A DNA stretch of 55,761 nt from a virus, in IMG/VR virus record IMGVR_UViG_3300045988_162287. One strand, written 5' to 3'. Positions within the stretch are counted from its first letter, which is position 1, and each line of letters opens with the position of its first letter. Positions 52,814 through 55,761 of the stretch are shown here, one piece after another. The position numbers and the translations under genes are program-made. The notes beneath the pieces were generated by a model. That model did not search any database, was not told the origin of the DNA, and worked only from the letters and a program-made list of their open reading frames with translations.

Positions 52814-52973
52814 AGCCATCATGACGATATTTGTATGGATGGGATTGCTGCTGATTGGTCTGCTGCTCATCACCGGCTATGTCGCCATAGGATATCTGGT
52901 GGCGTTGCTGGCCGATCATATTCGGCATCGCAACGCCAAACTTGAAACCGGAAAACACGCAAGGAAAGGATGA
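52806..52973 (+). CDS. 55-aa membrane protein (below the ORF-track cutoff)
   Basis: MIEAIMTIFVWMGLLLIGLLLITGYVAIGYLVALLADH...; overlaps the upstream stop. Confidence 0.4.
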   Translation: MIEAIMTIFVWMGLLLIGLLLITGYVAIGYLVALLADHIRHRNAKLETGKHARKG

Positions 52974-52976
52974 ATC

Positions 52977-53303
52977 ATGTTCCCGAATAACGAAAAACTC
53001 ATCGGCATCGCCGTTAGCAGCAAATTGAGTCCGGATGCCTCGATCGCCATGGATGGATGGATCAACGGATTTCTCGGGTCACGATATTTCGATGGAAAGG
53101 AGCTCCGTCACGATAGCGACGGCGATCATATCTTCTACTGGCATACATCATGGGACTTCGATCAAGATGAGCTTGACGTACTGACGAAGTATCTGGAGCG
53201 ATATTTCGAGGAGGATGATCCGAGACCGTATCTCTGCGATATTCGGATGATCCAGGAGTATTACTACGTCGGCGAGCATATCAACAAGGAGGCGAAGGCA
53301 TGA
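52977..53303 (+). CDS. Hypothetical protein
   Basis: GGAAAGGA RBS, 108 aa. Confidence 0.5.
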   Translation: MFPNNEKLIGIAVSSKLSPDASIAMDGWINGFLGSRYFDGKELRHDSDGDHIFYWHTSWDFDQDELDVLTKYLERYFEEDDPRPYLCDIRMIQEYYYVGEHINKEAKA

Positions 53304-53569
53304 AACGAATCGTTACAGGTATCTGCTGTGCGACACTGATGATATTTGGTCTATCTTCATGTGGATCGGGAGATCGAGATCGAGACCCGATTGGCGTCGA
53401 TTGCATCTCAAATGGCGATTTCCTCAACAACATGAAGCAGTGCCAGATCACGATGACCGATACAAGACGAGTCACCTGCCTGGTATATAACGACAAGACC
53501 ATCGATTGCGATTGGCTCCATGCCGATGGAACCGATGCTCATATTTCTGGCGAAGGAACAATCCAATGA
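53300..53569 (+). CDS. Lipoprotein
   Basis: MKRIVTGICCATLMIFGLSSCGSG is a signal peptide plus lipobox (L-S-S-C). Confidence 0.6.
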   Translation: MKRIVTGICCATLMIFGLSSCGSGDRDRDPIGVDCISNGDFLNNMKQCQITMTDTRRVTCLVYNDKTIDCDWLHADGTDAHISGEGTIQ

Positions 53570-53796
53570 AATACTACGATATTCCCGACGAAGCGACGTG
53601 GAACTCGGTCGTCGGATCTCTCGGCGAGATACGAATTCGCGAGATCGTGGTCGACCTCCGATATCACGAGCACTGCGTCACCGGCGATACGGCATCGAAC
53701 CCGGATGAAAAGGTCGTATTCTGCATCAGAGATGACGGCATATTCGCCAATCTCCTCAAGACCGCACTCAAATCCTCCGAGGAGGTAAGCGAGTAA
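53566..53796 (+). CDS. Hypothetical protein
   Basis: ATGA overlap with the upstream gene, 76 aa. Confidence 0.45.
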   Translation: MKYYDIPDEATWNSVVGSLGEIRIREIVVDLRYHEHCVTGDTASNPDEKVVFCIRDDGIFANLLKTALKSSEEVSE

Positions 53797-55052
53797 TGGC
53801 CGTCACACTGGAACCGTTTCAGGAACGGGCGCTGAGCCAACTGCGATCCGGAAACGTTCTGGTCGGCGAGGTCGGGTCCGGCAAATCGATCGTGGCCATC
53901 ATGTGGTGGCTTCGGACGTGCTGCCGGACCCGTTCGGGCGAGTCTGACAGTGGCAGGACGCTCATGCCGCTCAAAGGCTCGCCCGACCTGCTCATCATCA
54001 CCGAGGCGAAGAAGCGCGATAAGGCCGAATGGGGCGAGGATCTCGTCAAATTCGGCCTGCATATCGGGACTAACAAGCCGTCGGGCGTGGAGATCATCGT
54101 GGATAGCTGGCAGCGCATCAAAGCCTATCACGATTTTCATGGTGTGATCATATTCGATGAGCAGCATGCGACCGGAACCGGGGTCTGGAGCAAGGAATTC
54201 ATCCATATCGCCAAGGCTCAGGGAAACCGATGGATCCTGCTGTCGGCGACCCCTGCGGATTCGTATGAGGATCTCATTCCCATATTCGTGGCGAACGGGT
54301 TCTACAAGAACAAGACGCAATTCATGACCATGCATGCCGTGTATGACCGATGGGCGAAGTATCCGAAGGTCAATGACTGGAGGCATACTGATATTCTGGA
54401 GAAGCTTAAACGACGGATCATGGTCCCGATGAAGCGTCCGAAGGACCGTGGCCCCAGTCGCAATCCTGTCTATCAGATTGCCGTGGATTACGACAAACAG
54501 GCCCTGAAGACCCTGAGAAGGGAACGGAAGGATCCTTGGACCGGAGAGCCGCTCAAGAACGTATCGCAGTACTGCTTCGCCCAGAGGAAACTGGTGAATT
54601 CGGATCCGAGTAGGATTAAGGAAGCGACGGATGCATGCATCCGTCATCCGAGGATCGTGATATTCTACAACTACGATTTCGAACTGGAGGAGCTGCTGAG
54701 CCTGCGGAGGCGGACGGGCATTCCGGTGTACCAGTACAACGGCCATCGTCATGATGATATTCCGAAGGACGGCGATTGGATCTATCTGGTGAACTATGGA
54801 TCCGGGGCCGCCGGGTGGAACTGCACGCAGACCGATACCATGCTGTTCTATTCGCTCAACTACTCGTATCGGATCATGGAGCAGGCGGCAGGGCGCATCG
54901 ACAGGATCAACTCGCCGTTCAAGGAACTCAACTATTATATTCTGCGCAGCTTCGCCCCGATCGATTCGGCGATTCTGCGGGCGCTTTCGAACAAGGAGAC
55001 CTTCAACGAGCGGACGTTCGCCTCGAAGGATATTTCCGGGAAGGAGGATTAG
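53796..55052 (+). CDS. SF2 (SNF2/DEAD-like) helicase
   Basis: GEVGSGKS (motif I), IIFDEQH (motif II), LLSATP (motif III), QAAGRIDR (motif VI). Confidence 0.7.
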   Translation: MAVTLEPFQERALSQLRSGNVLVGEVGSGKSIVAIMWWLRTCCRTRSGESDSGRTLMPLKGSPDLLIITEAKKRDKAEWGEDLVKFGLHIGTNKPSGVEIIVDSWQRIKAYHDFHGVIIFDEQHATGTGVWSKEFIHIAKAQGNRWILLSATPADSYEDLIPIFVANGFYKNKTQFMTMHAVYDRWAKYPKVNDWRHTDILEKLKRRIMVPMKRPKDRGPSRNPVYQIAVDYDKQALKTLRRERKDPWTGEPLKNVSQYCFAQRKLVNSDPSRIKEATDACIRHPRIVIFYNYDFELEELLSLRRRTGIPVYQYNGHRHDDIPKDGDWIYLVNYGSGAAGWNCTQTDTMLFYSLNYSYRIMEQAAGRIDRINSPFKELNYYILRSFAPIDSAILRALSNKETFNERTFASKDISGKED

Positions 55053-55053
55053 G

Positions 55054-55494
55054 ATGACCTATGTGATGGATGGAGGCGATCCCGACAGGATCGACGTCTA
55101 TGATCTGGCGAGACGAATGAGCCCATGCGACTGCGATTCGGAGGTTCCGATCGCGGTTCAGATCGAGACATCGGGGAGGCCGTTACGTGATTTCTACGGT
55201 AATGAGGTCCCTTTCGACCTCGGAACGTATTGCATACGGTGCCAGAAGAGAGGTCTTGTGCGGGCATATTTCGACGATCTGGTTCAGATTCAGCCAAGTG
55301 CGATGGTTCAGATTCGGTCGATCATGCCGTGCGAGCACTATCATTCGTGGGAGATCACGGCTGCTTTGTGCAGGAAGGGAGAGCGGATGGCCGCATATTC
55401 ACGCGTCCAGCGCCTTCATCTGCTCTATTGTCGGACATGCAGAAGGGTCTATAGGATCCCGTTGGCATACGATCTCGCGGTATTTCGGACATGA
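55054..55494 (+). CDS. Cys-rich hypothetical protein
   Basis: AAGGAGG RBS; CDCD...CIRC...CEH...CRTC. Confidence 0.45.
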   Translation: MTYVMDGGDPDRIDVYDLARRMSPCDCDSEVPIAVQIETSGRPLRDFYGNEVPFDLGTYCIRCQKRGLVRAYFDDLVQIQPSAMVQIRSIMPCEHYHSWEITAALCRKGERMAAYSRVQRLHLLYCRTCRRVYRIPLAYDLAVFRT

Positions 55495-55504
55495 TAACGA
55501 GGCA

Positions 55505-55652
55505 AAAGTATGCAGGAAGGAAGGCCGCCTGCATACTTTTTATGTCTGAACCTGCATACTTTTTTAAAAACTATGCAGGTTTGGACCTGCATACTTTTGG
55601 TGTAAACTATGCAGGTTTTCCAGAAAAGTATGCAGAAAAACCTGCATACTTT
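55505..55652. promoter_or_regulatory. Main cluster of the 12-bp motif CCTGCATACTTT / AAAGTATGCAGG (eight copies, mostly as inverted pairs)
   Basis: Minus-orientation copies at 55505, 55568 (variant aaaCtatgcagg), 55604 (variant) and 55625. Plus-orientation copies at 55528, 55551, 55586 and 55641. Inverted pairs have 5-11-nt spacers. Confidence 0.6.
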
Positions 55653-55662
55653 TTTGAGGGTC

Positions 55663-55761
55663 AATGTGCCCTGAGGCCTTGGAATCATTGGGTTTTCGGG
55701 GTGCCTGCATACTTTCGCGCGTTTTTTCTATCTCCTTATTATTTTAAAAAGAAAAAAAAAG
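55663..55761. repeat. 99-bp terminal direct repeat identical to 1..99
   Basis: Exact duplicate of the first 99 bases. Confidence 0.95.

Overview
The window is an essentially complete dsDNA tailed-phage genome of about 55.66 kb. It looks siphovirus-like, with a tape measure of about 1,860 aa. Bases 1-99 recur exactly at 55663-55761, so the contig closes on itself. Every credible gene is on the + strand except one promoterless inverted tail-fibre cassette. Ribosome-binding sites are strong (GAAAGGAG type). The lysis genes (a GH25 + CW_7 + LysM endolysin and a Dp-1-type holin) point to a Gram-positive host.

Layout:
- 55.5 kb across the junction to 0.18 kb: a cluster of a 12-bp motif around an AT-rich tract.
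- 0.2-5.1 kb: two small DNA-binding paralogs, two PD-(D/E)XK nucleases, and a 927-aa protein carrying both double-psi beta-barrel RNA polymerase signatures.
- 5.06-5.43 kb: a long intergenic region with a terminator-like hairpin.
- 5.4-33.1 kb: one uninterrupted packaging, head, tail and lysis block.
- 33.1-41.5 kb and 46.4-53.8 kb: many small, often membrane-anchored ORFs, several bracketed by a conserved promoter-like motif and hairpin terminators.
- 41.5-49.5 kb: replication and nucleotide-metabolism genes, including a helicase-primase-PolB fusion whose polymerase is split by an HNH endonuclease insertion, plus MazG and an SSB-like protein. The guanylate-kinase-like gene sits separately at 35.2-36.0 kb.
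- 53.8-55.5 kb: an SF2 helicase and a Cys-rich protein.

I saw no integrase, CI-type repressor, tRNA or CRISPR array.

Most notable observations:
- A compact single-polypeptide two-barrel RNAP candidate.
- Four dispersed paralogs sharing an ELYHFGVKGMKWGVRR module inside the morphogenesis block.
- A tail-fibre C-terminal cassette flanked by perfect 33-bp inverted repeats, with no invertase in the window.
- A C_CCA_AAA -1 frameshift site at the end of the capsid gene.
- An HNH gene with TGA at a conserved Trp position.
- The split PolB.

All functional calls come from reading motifs in the supplied translations. No database search was run.
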